NCBI RefSeq assembly: GCF_964355755.1
Contig: NC_092671.1
Span: forward strand, 39,876,304 to 39,940,303
Length of the DNA stretch: 64,000 nucleotides
Source: Antedon mediterranea
Taxonomy: Eukaryota > Animalia > Echinodermata
Direction: 5' to 3'
Under the pieces are notes generated by a model, which saw only the letters and a list, made by a program, of their open reading frames with translations, ran no database searches and was not told the origin of the DNA. A program made the position numbers and the translations under genes. This document shows, piece after piece, positions 38,201 through 51,140 of the stretch; position 1 is the stretch's first letter, and each line of letters begins with the position of its first letter.

Positions 38201-41163
38201 ATTATTTGAATTATCTAGGTAAATACAGTACATACCTAACAAACTATACTATAATTATTTGAATTATCTAGGTAAATACATACCTAACAAAAATAACTAT
38301 ACTTCATTTACTTATCGATTAACTAATTAATTCATTAATGATATTGACATATTCGATTGAATAAAATAAAATATTTTTTTAACACCAGTATTATTTTTAC
38401 CTGAATTCTGCTCATTCTCTGACATCAGTGCGAGATCCTCTTCATCATCATTGATCACACTTGTTGTTGTAGAACCTGGTGTCTTTGACCTCTGTGCAGA
38501 TGACCTCCTTGACCTTCGGGATAACCGACTACTGTGACCATCTGCAGTGTCTTCAACCTCATCAGTACCATGTTCTCCAACATGATAGGAATTTTTTCGA
38601 CTTCCTGTTAGACTGATCTCAACTGACATGATGTCATTGTAAATACTTTCTTCTAAATCATTTTGAGAATCCTTGATTGATTCATTGTCATTATCACCAT
38701 CATCTGTATGTCTACTACTACATCGCACATCTGCAATATCATCACCTCCTCCATCACCAAGTTCATCACTACATTGCATGTCACCTCTATCACCATCTGT
38801 AAGTCCATCACCACACTGCGTGTCAGCTTTATCACCACACTGCATGGCAGCTGTATCGCAACCAGCGATTCCAATACCACATTGCATGATTTCAGATCCA
38901 TGACTAGAATCTATAGACTTTTGTCTCATTACAAAATCTCTTCCTTCCACACCTGCCGTTTCATCAATTCCCTCTGCTACCTCATCCTCTTCCTGTGAGT
39001 ATGGCGCAATCAAAGTCCTGCCTAAATAGTTTGCAGATTTCAAAGATGCTGTAAGCTTTGCGCATGATAATGGTGTTGATGTTCTTGTTGAGGAAATTGA
39101 CCTAAAAACAAAACAATTTCAAACAATACAGAGGAAAAAGAACAAAATATTGACTGATAGGACACTAATAAAAGATAGAAAATAAATAATTTTATTTTAC
39201 CTTATTTATAGAGGGCGACCCTAAAATAAATAATGTAACTTACCGACCACTACCAAGCCTGATCATTTTATCTCCACGTGAGAATGTCCTTTCTGAATTC
39301 TGTGTTGATGGACGTGAATATGCTGCCTTAGACATGGACTCGGCTAGACGACTTGCATCAGCACTAATCAGGTCAGGCTGGCAGAAAAACGGTGAAAACA
39401 ATATTTTATATTTATATTTTTTATTTACTTCATTCAGAAGAGGTTTAATTATGACTAAGTACAGTTACTGACTGTATTATAGTATCATTGTTGTTTTTGT
39501 CAGGTTATAAGCATCTCTACTACATTTTTATTTTCTGATATGTGGCTTTACCTTGCCAATGACCTCATCCTGCTTGGTTTTAGTATCAACATTGTCAAAC
39601 GCCTCATTCAATTCCTCAGCAGCTTCTGTGGATGTCAGTGAATGGGCAGAATCCCATCTCATTAAATTTCGCACACTGTAAAGAAACAATATCCAGTATT
39701 ACTACAGTAACATGCTTTTCAACAAAACAAGCATAATGTGTGAATTGTAGTTACTTACACTGCTTGTTTCTGCATATCCCGCAGGTAGAACTTAAAATCT
39801 GAACCTGGTTGAACACGATAATCTAAACATTCTTGTCCTTCCTGATCACGAATAAAACGCATGCATGTCTTATGAAACTGCTGACTTGCTAAACTATCTA
39901 GTTCATCTGCTGTCCACTAAAAATAATACAATATTTATAGATATTTATATATATAACTGTAATCCATTTCAAAGAATAATTAAACAAAAGATTTCATTTG
40001 AAAACAAAAAATAGTGGTTACATAAGACAGCCGAACCGTAATTAAGTAGCCACAACATCGTCAAGGGTTCGAGGCTAACTCGCTCCATGGTTCTGGTGGT
40101 AGAACGTAGGTGCAATGTACACATCTAGCTCATGTGCACTTTAAAGAACCTAGTACATTTTTCGAGTTACCCCGGTGTACATCACAGCAACTGATCATAA
40201 CTGGGCCCTCTGGGAGACCAGTGTTTGACTGAAGAGGTCGTCCACTATAAATACATACTAACAATAACATAATGGAATATGTGACTTACTTCTACATCGC
40301 CGTATTCTAAAACAGACGTACACAGCTTCTTAAGCGTTCCTAGTGATAGCGATAAATTACTAATATCTTTTTTGGTTTTACGATGCGATGTACAACATCT
40401 GCCTTCTTTGGTAAATTTAATCTTTGAGGGCGCTGTAAATAGCACCATTGCACCTTTCCTTGTTATATAAGTCTTTGGTAATTGCATTTCTCCATTTGGT
40501 TTGATTGTAAATTTAGTTGATGCCGCGGGAGCACTCTTAGTTCGTATATGACTTTGAACACACTTATGATTTGTTCGACACTCTGGGCTTGACTTCACTC
40601 GTGGGGATGACGGTGACGATTGTTCTCTGGAAGGTTGTGTCATCCGAGCATTAGATTGTATCTCTTCTGCAACTGTTCTTGGATCGTCATGTTTACGGGA
40701 TTTAGATGACTTTATTCTCTCGGCTTCTGCAATTATTGTCTTGATAACCAAATGGTCCGATTTTGTTCTAATTGGAAACTTGACTGTTTTCTGTTTGTAG
40801 AAACTTTGTTCTTCACTGCCCAAGTACTGTGGTAAAATTGGTTTTGTAACACCCTTAACAAAATAATTTAAAAAAAGCTGACTTTAGTTTTAAATTGTTG
40901 TAATTTCAATTATATCTTTTAAGATTTTGTTTAACTTTCAAGAAGAAAAAATACAGGATTGAACTAATAAAGAAAAAAACAAATGTGAAAATTATAAAAA
41001 CCCCCATCCTTTATTTATTTTAAATCCTCCTTGGTATTCCAATACTTCATATAAAAATATTATTAACTACAGTCCTGATTACCTTTAACACTACCCCGTC
41101 TTCTCGTTGCAAACTGCCATCCCACGATCCATAACCCTTAGCCAATGTACTCAACCGAGGCAT
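32250..41163 (-). CDS. KIAA2012: KIAA2012-like (DUF4670) large low-complexity/coiled-coil protein, about 19 coding exons
   Basis: Exons 41163-41083, 40853-40290, 39916-39759, 39675-39552, 39377-39244, 39101-38401, 38180-38026, 37534-37420, 37090-36896, 36416-35935, 35695-35552, 35176-35092, then (approximate) 34976-34837, 34718-34623, 34325-34137, 34029-33819, 33609-33497, 33169-33067, 32528-32250. Motifs LSTLAKGYG, LPKTYITRKGAMVLF, TLKKLCTSVLEYG, VQPGSDFKFYL and C-terminal TRPWVFSYY after an E/K/R coiled coil recall the conserved KIAA2012 blocks (recalled from memory, not searched). Confidence 0.75.
32623..32693. mobile_element. MITE family A, deleted copy
   Basis: agctctgtctacactatcaaactt...ccatatttgggca...agacagagat. 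Confidence 0.65.
32748..32926. mobile_element. MITE family B (PIF/Harbinger-like), full copy
   Basis: TIR agcttagttcccactagaacgtaacgcaaggacgtaa / ttacgtccttgcgttgcctcgctagtgggaaccacgct, flanked by TAA/TTA. Confidence 0.85.
35297..35404. mobile_element. MITE family A
   Basis: agctctgtctacactatcaaact...agtttcatagtgtagacagagct. Confidence 0.85.
35828..35930. repeat. ~21 bp minisatellite (caaagagtgtactcattattgta), about 4 copies
   Basis: Directly visible, abutting the donor site at 35934. Confidence 0.8.
37666..37825. mobile_element. MITE family A, full copy
   Basis: aactctgtccacactatcaaac...agtttgatattgtagacagagtt. Confidence 0.85.
40011..40243 (+). mobile_element. tRNA-derived SINE with a Deu-domain-like core
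   Basis: A-box-like tagtggtt, B-box-like gggttcgag, then gtgcactttaaagaacctagtacatttttcga..taccccggtgt resembling the DeuSINE central domain (recalled, not searched). Confidence 0.5.
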
Positions 41164-42199
41164 GTCAGCAGGTCTGTCACCAACCCTTATCAACAAACAC
41201 ACCTGTCCGTTTACATAGTCAGTGCATTGTCTGAGAATCTATGGAAACAACAATAAATTTAGTGCAATTTACTTAGTAATGTAAAAGTAATTTAGACTAA
41301 GTTATAATATAATTTAAGTGCATAAAAGATATCGATTGTAAATAATGAATGTATGCAAATATTAAGAAATTGGAATTGGTAAAAAGTTCATTTAAACTTG
41401 TTGAACCATATCTACAGTAGGCTTGAGACTATACAGACTTATATTTAAATATCTAAAGAACCCCTGTTAATATAATCAATATAGTTTAGGTGTACAATAT
41501 AGGGAAAAGAAAATATTTAGCACTTGAGTAATTGAAGGTTAATAAGGTGTTTTGAAGCTTCATTGGCGGTGATCAATAAATTCATAGTATATTATTTATT
41601 ATCATCCGTATGCGCTGCCTTCTTTAGGGCCTAGATATATTGATTATTCCACATATTTTAGCAACCAAAATTCTTCTTTTCTCTATGGTACTTTTGTAAT
41701 CTGGCCTACCTAGGGCCTAGGCATAGGCTAGCCTACACTATAATATAATTAATACTGTACTTAGTAACTTAGCAAATCAATTTCCTTCATATTCATTAAT
41801 TAATTAAAGATAAACATGACAAATACAAAAATAGGAAGACTGTTTTCTATCAGAAAAATTATAATGTTAGGGCCAGGCTATTATATTAACTGTAGCCTCT
41901 AGCTTACCTCTCTGTCTACTATCTAATCACCGTTGTTTACAATATGCAGAGTAGCCAGGCTACTATAATGTGTATGCCCTCTACTAGTACTAGGCCTAGT
42001 AGGCCTCCTAGATAAAAAAAAAAAGAAAGCCAAAAAAAGCCTAGCCTAGGCTAGGCCCTATAGTAGGCCTAACTAGTCTAGTTAATAAGCCTATTACTAA
42101 GGTTAGTCTAGAGCCCATCCTCTAGCGGCCAACATTACAGATTAAAGTTAAACTTAAGATCCTTAAACTTACTTAGGCCTAGGCCTAGGCCTACTATTT

Positions 42200-42620
42200 A
42201 TTTACAAATAAAGAAGTATAATTTCGTCGGTGTGGTATACTTGATTGATTTCCTTTCCATTTTTTCCAAAACTAAACTTTGAAAGAGCGTGGCGGATATG
42301 CACAGTGCCCTAGTAACAAATTAGGATTACTACATTCTGTAGAGGGGCTTACAGTAAGTAAGCCTTGTGCTACATATAGGTATATGACTAATATATTTAC
42401 ATATCCTCGGAATTGTATAAAAATAATCATTTTATGAATTTTTATAGTTACAAAGTATTGATTAAATAAGTCTAATCTATTTTAATATTGAGAAAGATGT
42501 AATTAATACCTACACGACAGAATAGAATAGTCTACAAATCAATCATCCATGTCACGAAAATAACCTTCGACCTTTTCGGGACAGCTATTTTTTTTCTTTA
42601 GGAATAAAACATAATAAGCA
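42200..42620. promoter_or_regulatory. Bidirectional promoter region between the KIAA2012-like gene (-) and TMEM258 (+)
   Basis: Head-to-head gene arrangement, locally CpG-containing, X-box-like GTGCCCTAGTAAC at 42305-42317. Confidence 0.55.
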
Positions 42621-42624
42621 CAAA

Positions 42625-43466
<842 letters not shown>

Positions 43467-44691
43467 CCTGTAATAATGGCAACAAAGGTAGGTACAAATA
43501 AATAATGTTTGCCACCTTTACTGAACATTTTTACATAATAATAATTGTACATTGAATTTAGTGTGAACAAAACAAATTACATTTTTAAAAATATTTATCT
43601 TTCAGACATATTGGACAAGACCACTGAACTCTCCTGACAATGAAACACCATTTTACGGATGGAATTGGAACAAATAAATTTTACTGTTGTTACTTTAATA
43701 TACTGTTATTTCATTATTTTATTTAACATTTTTGGCTGTTTAGAATTTGTGATCATTTTCACAACATTGTAGTTTGGGCAATACAGAATCATGGTTAGAA
43801 TTTCTTAAATGTTGTGTATATGTATGAAAGTGAGGAAGAAAAATAAAAACAAATTTAAATTACATGCTATCATTTGATTGTTTATATTGAATACTTTTGA
43901 CAAATGAGTCACAAAGATACATGACATCAGTAATACTGTAAGATAATAATGATTACGCACATATCCACAAAAGTGCTCAAGGCGCTTGTGAAAAACTATG
44001 AAACAAATTAACCTTAAACCTAAATACAATTGATAAATTTGAAAAAAAACCAAAAAAAATAAACAAGACCAAGATAAATTCATCAATTTTTTATTTTAAT
44101 TCTGAGCACTATCAACATAATCTACAAATTGCTAACAGAAATCACATCAGTACAAAACAAGAGCTTGCCCATCTATAACATTCAAAGCCTCTAAAGCAGG
44201 CCACACTACAGCGTACAATAACATCAATTTTATCTGCTGTTGTAAATTAAAATTGATAAATTATTGGCTCACAAAATGTACATTTGGCACAAAAGTATAA
44301 AAATGCAAGAAATTAAATAAAATATTTCAGGTGTAGAATTAGGTGGCATGACGAAAAATAAACTGCCAATTGACTCCAGTTTGCCAAAGAATTGCCAGTA
44401 TTACAGTATAATTTTATATTTAGCATATTTATACCTGCCAGAATATCTGTGCGCAAGAAAATGTTTTAACCTGTATTTGATTGCAAGATTTTTATTATAT
44501 TTATCAAATGCATGCTTGCAATGAAGCACACAATATATCCAGTAGTTAAGGATGTTCACGAACTCTACAGTATGAGTAACATCTACTGTACCTGCATTAT
44601 GCAATAGATATTGTGCAAGTTGAGGAGTGTGAAATAGTAAAACATTTATACAATGTATAAGCAGCAAATGGCTCAGCTTGTAAGATACAGT

Positions 44692-47600
44692 TCAATGACA
44701 TTGATCTGACCCTCTTTGTCTGAAATAAAAGAAACAAGTATGAGAAGAGCAAGTAATACACTGCAGCACTAGGCAGAGAACCATTACAAGTTCACAGGAA
44801 AAATAAAAAAAAATAGACATGGATCTTACAAAATAAAGATTTTCTGTGGTTGTAAGTCCCATTACAAAATAACAAAAAATGACAACGTAATAAAAACATA
44901 AGAGTGTATGACATTGACGCCTGGAGCTAGAATCCATTATTTCAACAAAATGTAAAACCAATTGTTATTCAATTACCAACAATGCTCTTACCTTGGCGCT
45001 GACTTTATGATGTCATCAACTCTAAGTATCATCTCAGCCGCTTCAGAAGCACTGATCAGAATTTGACGTTTCACAAGGAATGATTCTGTGATCCCTAACT
45101 CTATCATATCTCCAATTTCACCTTGCTTCATATCTGTAAAAATGAACATGATTTGCTATTATTAAAATTACTTTAATAGTTTGATAAACGTTCTTATTAG
45201 AAGACATTCCCTATAATTAATTTTCTTTCTACTAAAGTACTATTATTTACCTAAGCCAGTAGTGGACTTTCCTTGGTTATGTGCTGCCCTCAACTCAGCT
45301 ACTAACGCAGCACTGTCGTAACCAGCATTATCTGCAATAATTTTTGGAAGCTAAAAACAAAAATTTTAATATAAATTTTATAAAAAAAACATTTTAAAGT
45401 CACCTGGTTTTTATAATCATTTTTCACCAAGAGGATAATTAAGAACATTTATAACTCACTTGTTGAAGAGCTCGTGCAAAAGCTTCCATTGCGACAGATT
45501 CTTTGCCTGGTGTTTTAGCTGCCAGATTCGTCACAGCGTTTGCCATCAACATTTCAGAACAACCTGAACACAATCAAAGAATGTTTATTAACAAATTATG
45601 TATAAATCAAAAGAATCAGAGAAACTAACTAAACTTCTTTAGAATTTCTAAATATTCATTACTTTTTGTTGAAAAATCGCAATAAATGTGATTATTTGTT
45701 GACACTGCAAGCAGCAATACCAATAATGAAACTCACCTCCACCATACACTATCTTGGTCTCCTTCACAGTTTGTGAAAGTACACAGAGGGCATCATGTAA
45801 GGATCGATCTACTTCATCAAGAATCTGTTGTGTAGCTCCACGGATTACAATGGTACAGGCTTCACCTAGTTTCACACCAGAGAACTTGAGTAACTTGTCT
45901 TCACCTGTAAATAAAGTAGGGTTGCCCTTGCATTACAATCTTACTACACACTCAATGGTAAAGGTCCCATATTTAATTCTGAACATAGGGTAATGAGCTG
46001 CTAGGAGCTCATTTTACTAAGCTTCTGCATTATGTGTTAGGGTGGCCAGTTCCTTTCCATGCCGCCTTGTCCTCCCTAGTATTTTCAACCAGGTACAGCC
46101 GAGTAGACTGGGAGTTGTCGGAAACTGAACCCAGGTCTCTCTCTTTTATCTTGTATTTTTAATCTGTTGTAATACTGCACGTTTTTAAATTGTTGCAATA
46201 TTGTTGTTTTAATCTACCAAGCAAAGTGAATTTCCATTTTTATGGACAAATAAAATTTCTTGAATCTTGAATCTTGACTTCCTAACTCCCATACTCCATG
46301 ATTGATACAAAATAAAAAAAGATTACTCACCGATCATAATCTCTTCAATGAGGTCACACTGACCAATCCGAACCTTTTCTGGATGGTCAAAGGTTGAGAC
46401 GATCTCACCACCAAGTACTAAAGCAAGTCTTTCAACTCCTTCAAAGTCTGCATGCTCTATCGCCATGACACCAGCATCAGCAAATAGTTGCTCTGGATAG
46501 TTGTAAATCAATTGTCTGTAAAATACATTGACAGATTATAAAGTTATCGTTTCAATAATTTATATCTAATTATATTTAAAATATAGAATAAGAAAATCTA
46601 AAAAATAATAACCTATTAATAAAGCATGTGATGTCATGTTTAAGTATCTTGTTCACTTTTTCTTTCATCTTCTCTTTCTCAGCAAGCTCAATTTCAGCTA
46701 CTTTAGCAGTTGAGTCTACTCTCACACGAGAACCAAACACCTATAAACAATAGTATAATCAAAGTATTAAATAGTATCAATGTTAACCTCAGGTCATGCA
46801 TGTTGTTACAAAAAAAGTGCACTTGACGACATGGGAACCCCAAACTTTTCGAAATTTACAATGGAAAAGATATGATATTTGGTTCAATTTCATACTAATT
46901 AAGTCCACTCACTTTAATTTTATCAGCGTCCATTGATGTGTTAGCAATTAGGACTTTAGCATTCTCTATTCTCTTTGGTTGATTCACGCCAATCTTCTTG
47001 TCAAGAAGGAACCCCTCATCTAGGTAAGAATCAGTCATGTTACCCCCTAGCTTCTTGATTATTTGAATAGCTTGAAGATCAGTCTTTCCTTTAAGTCTAA
47101 GTACAGCATCAACCGCCAACTTGGAGAAAAAGTCACGATCTTGCCAAACTAGTTTAGAACTCAACGTTGTCTTTGCAATATTCATTAAATCTAATTTAAA
47201 TTTCTCTGGGTCATCACTGTAAATGTAAAACAAGTTAATTAATTTCATTCTGAAACTAAAACTCTGTCTACACTATCAAACTAGTTTTACAAAAAAAGTG
47301 TGATTTGCCCAAATATGGTAGTGATGTACCCAAATATGGTAGTGATATGACATCATGATGTCCATATATGGGCATATCACATTTAAAGTTTGATAGTGTA
47401 GACAAGGCTCAATACAGTTCAGACATCCAATTTCCGGAGTTTATATTGTTCAAAGTCAGTTCCTCCATTTTATTGAGTGACTTTCAAAATCAGGACAAAG
47501 AGAATAACAAAGAATGAAGAAGATGAAGACGACCAATGAATCATGTTGAAAACTTAAAATTACACAAACTTTACTACAAAATAACAGTGGATATATCTCA

Positions 47601-49804
47601 TTTAGTATACTGACCCGTGATCTTGTGTAGATTCTCTCAACACCCTTCTTGCTTCGTCTGCAGCTTTTCTCCAGCCTGCTATAATGGTCTGAGGGTGGAT
47701 ATTTTGGTCTACAAGTTGTTCAGCTTCCTGATAACGATAATAATAACTTGATTAATTACTATATTTAAATAGCTAAACTTAGTCATTTAATTGTTGACCT
47801 TAAGCAGAATGCAGTACACAATGTAAAGTAAAAAGGGTATTTAGTGAGACTCCTGATAGTTGGAATTGTTTGGAATAAACATATTGTAAACATAAATATC
47901 TAAACTTGGTCAATTGATTGAAAAGGTATTTGGTAAGATAGTTTGTTTTGGAATTGCTTGGATATAAGGATATTGTAAACATAAACTAATTTAAATGATG
48001 CTGACCCTTAGAAGTTCACAGGCAAGGACAGTGACTGAAGTGGTACCATCTCCTACCTCATCATCTTGTACTTTACTTATCTCTGTTTAAATAGAATAGA
48101 TCTTTAAAAATTTAACATACAAATATTATCATTAAAGTAAAATAAGATTCTGGTTTTTTTTTTAAAGAATAAATTCAATTCAATACTATTACACAAACAA
48201 AACATGTGTTTAATAAGAACAGACGTGTAAGCCTTGGTATAAAGTAATTTAATGATTTATTAAGAAAATATGTATCATTTGTGGAAAATCAATAAAAAAA
48301 AAAACAAGTACTGTATAGATTGGTTAATCTGTTGCCCTTCCACCAGATATTTAATGTGTTAAAACCACTTTTTTCAAAAACTTACCACACAAGATTTTAG
48401 CTGCTGGGTTATCAACCCCTATAGACCTCAAAATGGTTGCACCATCATTTGTCACCGTCATTGGACTATTTGGATCCATTGGTTGAAGAATTTTATCCTA
48501 AAAAGTAAAATAAATGTTTTTAAATCATTTTGTCTAATATTAATACAATTTTAAGCTGAATAATAATTACAGTTAAGCTCTGTCTACACTATCAAACTTG
48601 ATGTGACAATAAATGTGATGTGCCCATATATGGATATGATGATGTCATATCACTACCATATTTGGCCATATCACTACCATATTTGGGCATATCACTACAA
48701 TATTTGGGCATATTATTACCATATTTTCCTGTATAAATGTCTTACTTCTAAGTTTGATTGTAATCTTGTTTCGTTGTTTTATTTTAATGTTCCTGTTCGT
48801 AATCTTCATAGTAAACCCTTTCTTCATGTTAAATTTTCTCGTGTCAATGTTTGTAAAAATGGTATTTTCTGTAGACTCTCGTCTTCGTACAATTCATGTC
48901 TTTTAAAAAATAATTCTTTAGATATCTTTAACTGTAATTTCTCTCAATTTAAATGTATTATTAATGAAATTATTTAAATAATCTTATTTACATTTTTGTA
49001 TATATTTGCATTGGCTTATATTTATAGTTTAGTTATTTTATTTTCAACCTGTTATTGGTGTTTTACACTGTTGGCTTGAAATAAAGAATAAAGAATATTT
49101 GGGCACATCACACTTTTTTGTCAAACTAGTTTGATGTTGTAGATAGAGCTATACAGTAGAGAATGATGAATTATTTGTTACCATTCCTTTGGGACCTAGA
49201 GTACTCTTGATGAGGTCGCCAATTGCAATTGCACCTATAAAAGAGGACATACGAGCCGTCTCAGCCTTCTCCTCCTCGGCTCCATAATTCAAAATCTGAA
49301 CTGGTTGTAACGACACCTAAAAAAAATATATTTTATATTATTACCTTTCAAAAAAAGGAAATACATTAATCATTATTATTATTAATGTGAACGTTATTCA
49401 TAATATACTCGACATAGGCCTAGTAGGCTTTTAGGCCTAGGATTTTGATTTCTTTTTTTTTTTTTAACATTCCATTGGTGGCATTATGTAGGCCTATTAC
49501 AACAAGAATAATAATATTTCGAATTAATAAATATAGTACGTCCGCCTCACGCCCGGCCGCTTAATACACATAATAAGGGCGAAGCGACTTCGTCGGGTTC
49601 ATGACGGATCAACCAGGGTCTGACTGCACGGAACAGTCACAGACAGTACACACACACCCGCCCGGCTGCACCCACAACCACATCACGTTGTTGGTATGGT
49701 TCTGATATCTGTTTAGCTCACTTCTATATACAGCCTTTTTCTAGAAATAATACAGATTAAACATGCCTTAAATAATTTTAACAAAAATTCATTTAACATA
49801 CCAT
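44692..49804 (-). CDS. CCT2: T-complex protein 1 subunit beta (CCT/TRiC chaperonin), 13 coding exons
   Basis: Exons 49804-49802, 49316-49182, 48497-48386, 48082-48006, 47727-47615, 47216-46913, 46740-46613, 46515-46331, 45904-45737, 45563-45460, 45350-45251, 45133-44992, 44719-44692. Motifs [82 protein letters not shown]. Confidence 0.98.
45955..46300 (-). mobile_element. tRNA-derived SINE interrupted by a LINE 3' tail (46143-46277, + strand)
   Basis: Minus strand: tggagtatgggagttaggaag [insert] gagacctGGGTTCAGTTTCC...aggaactggccaccct...gggacctttacc. The insert ends gtgaatttccatttttatggacaaataaaatttcttgaatcttgaatcttga. Confidence 0.6.
47260..47409. mobile_element. MITE family A, full copy
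   Basis: aactctgtctacactatcaaactag...agtttgatagtgtagacaaggct. Confidence 0.85.
48576..49150. mobile_element. MITE family A interrupted by a LINE insertion
   Basis: Left TIR at 48576, four 21 bp internal repeats, resumes at 49095 (atatttgggcacatcac...agtttgatgttgtagatagagct). Confidence 0.85.
48727..49094 (+). mobile_element. 5'-truncated CR1-clade LINE 3' end
   Basis: Open frame [12 protein letters not shown]...[22 protein letters not shown]...RLSSSYN...[12 protein letters not shown] resembles a CR1/T1-type ORF2 C-terminus; T-rich 3'UTR, (AATAAAG)n tail, ATATTT on both sides. Confidence 0.75.
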
Positions 49805-49898
49805 ATTTATATCGGAATATCTGAAACCTCGCCTTCTAAATTTCTAAATTTTGCAGTCGATCCAATGTTGCCCGGCCCATGCGACGAATTTATACATC

Positions 49899-49910
49899 TA
49901 CGCATGCGTA
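49899..49910. promoter_or_regulatory. NRF1-like palindrome in the CCT2 promoter
   Basis: TACGCATGCGTA about 95 bp upstream of the CCT2 ATG. Confidence 0.45.
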
Positions 49911-50399
49911 TCAATTCTGCTTCGTATAAAACACGAATCTATTCAAAAAATAATCAGTAATTCTTCATATATTATGATAGAAGAACAAAGATTATTTAGT
50001 TTAATATCATCAAAATATTTTTTAAATTTAATCTATTTAGAATATTTCTAATTATTGCAGGTTTTTTAAGACATCAAACAGAAGTGTATAGTTCTCAGTT
50101 CGTGTTTTATAACCAAGAAAAGTTATTGTTAAAGTTGGTGACAGATGGCGCTACATCGAACGTTCTGGAAATAATGTTTTTTAGCAGCTGAGTAACAGAT
50201 TTTGTATGACAGCTTTGAAACGCAATTTAGCGTAAAAATAAGAACAAAACATAATTATGAAATATTATGAAATGATTGAAGTTATTAACAAAAAATGGGA
50301 ATATTAAGCAATCTCATGAGTTTTCCGTTTCTTCTCCAGAGTGAACTAGGTATTAGAATAGCATAAGTTCATTTATTAAATTTAGCCCTAATTATAATG

Positions 50400-51140
50400 T
50401 ATAGGTCCAGGCCGCTATTACAAATTGTTTGAAACACAATTTACCGTTCCAATTTCAATCTAAAATGAAAATGAACTTTCCACGCCAACCCAATAATGAG
50501 ATATAGCAATTTGCCTGAAAAAAACAGGTCAAAGGTCAAATATGGTATTTCTGGTCATTATTTTAGAAAAAACTTTATTATAGTAAATAGAAATGTTTAT
50601 GTTCTGAACATTTTGACACCAAAATTAACTCTCTATGACAAGTAGTTTTATGGATATCAAAATATATTAACCGTAACAAGGTTGGTAATTACACCGTAAC
50701 GGTCAAAGGCAAAACTGAGTACTTCCGGTCATTTTTGGATAAAATGTTTCATTAAATTAAATAGTAACATATATATTCTGAACAATTAAATAAACTGTCT
50801 GTGACAACTATTTACTGAGATATGGCAATGCCTTAAAATATGGGTCAAAGGTTAAAACTGGTACTTCCGGTCATTTTTTTCAAAAATACTTCATTAGAGT
50901 AAATAGGAATGTTCATGTTCTGAACATTTTGAGCTAAAAATCAACTCTCTATGACCAGTAGTTTCAGAGATATAGACTGTTTAAGCGAAAGTGTCCGCCA
51001 TTTAAAATTATGCAAATTAGGTGACCCAAGGGGTCATTTTGCTTGGCGCCCATCAAAAATTGAATTTGTATAGGGTGGGCAACCTGTATACCAAATTTGA
51101 TGCTTTTGGAAAAAAGTGAACCAAAATATCCCTAACAGAC
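50400..51140. repeat. Interspersed repeat with three diverged ~150-175 bp internal units
   Basis: Units start ggtcaaagg at 50527, 50701 and 50843, each followed by gtacttccggtcatt...gttctgaaca...aactctctatgac. Confidence 0.7.

Noticed and set aside
38653-38998. Overlapping alternative-frame and antisense ORFs in the KIAA2012-like exon
   Set aside because: Shadow ORFs of a low-complexity coding exon.
47415-47550. Possible intronic C/D snoRNA in CCT2 (several CTGA boxes on the minus strand)
   Set aside because: The C box is poor (ATGATT), the terminal stem is weak, and I could not recognise an rRNA or snRNA complementary guide; snoscan would be needed.
48603-48977. 124 aa plus-strand ORF with YHYHIW repeats
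   Set aside because: Chimera of MITE internal repeats and a LINE ORF2 end, antisense within a CCT2 intron.
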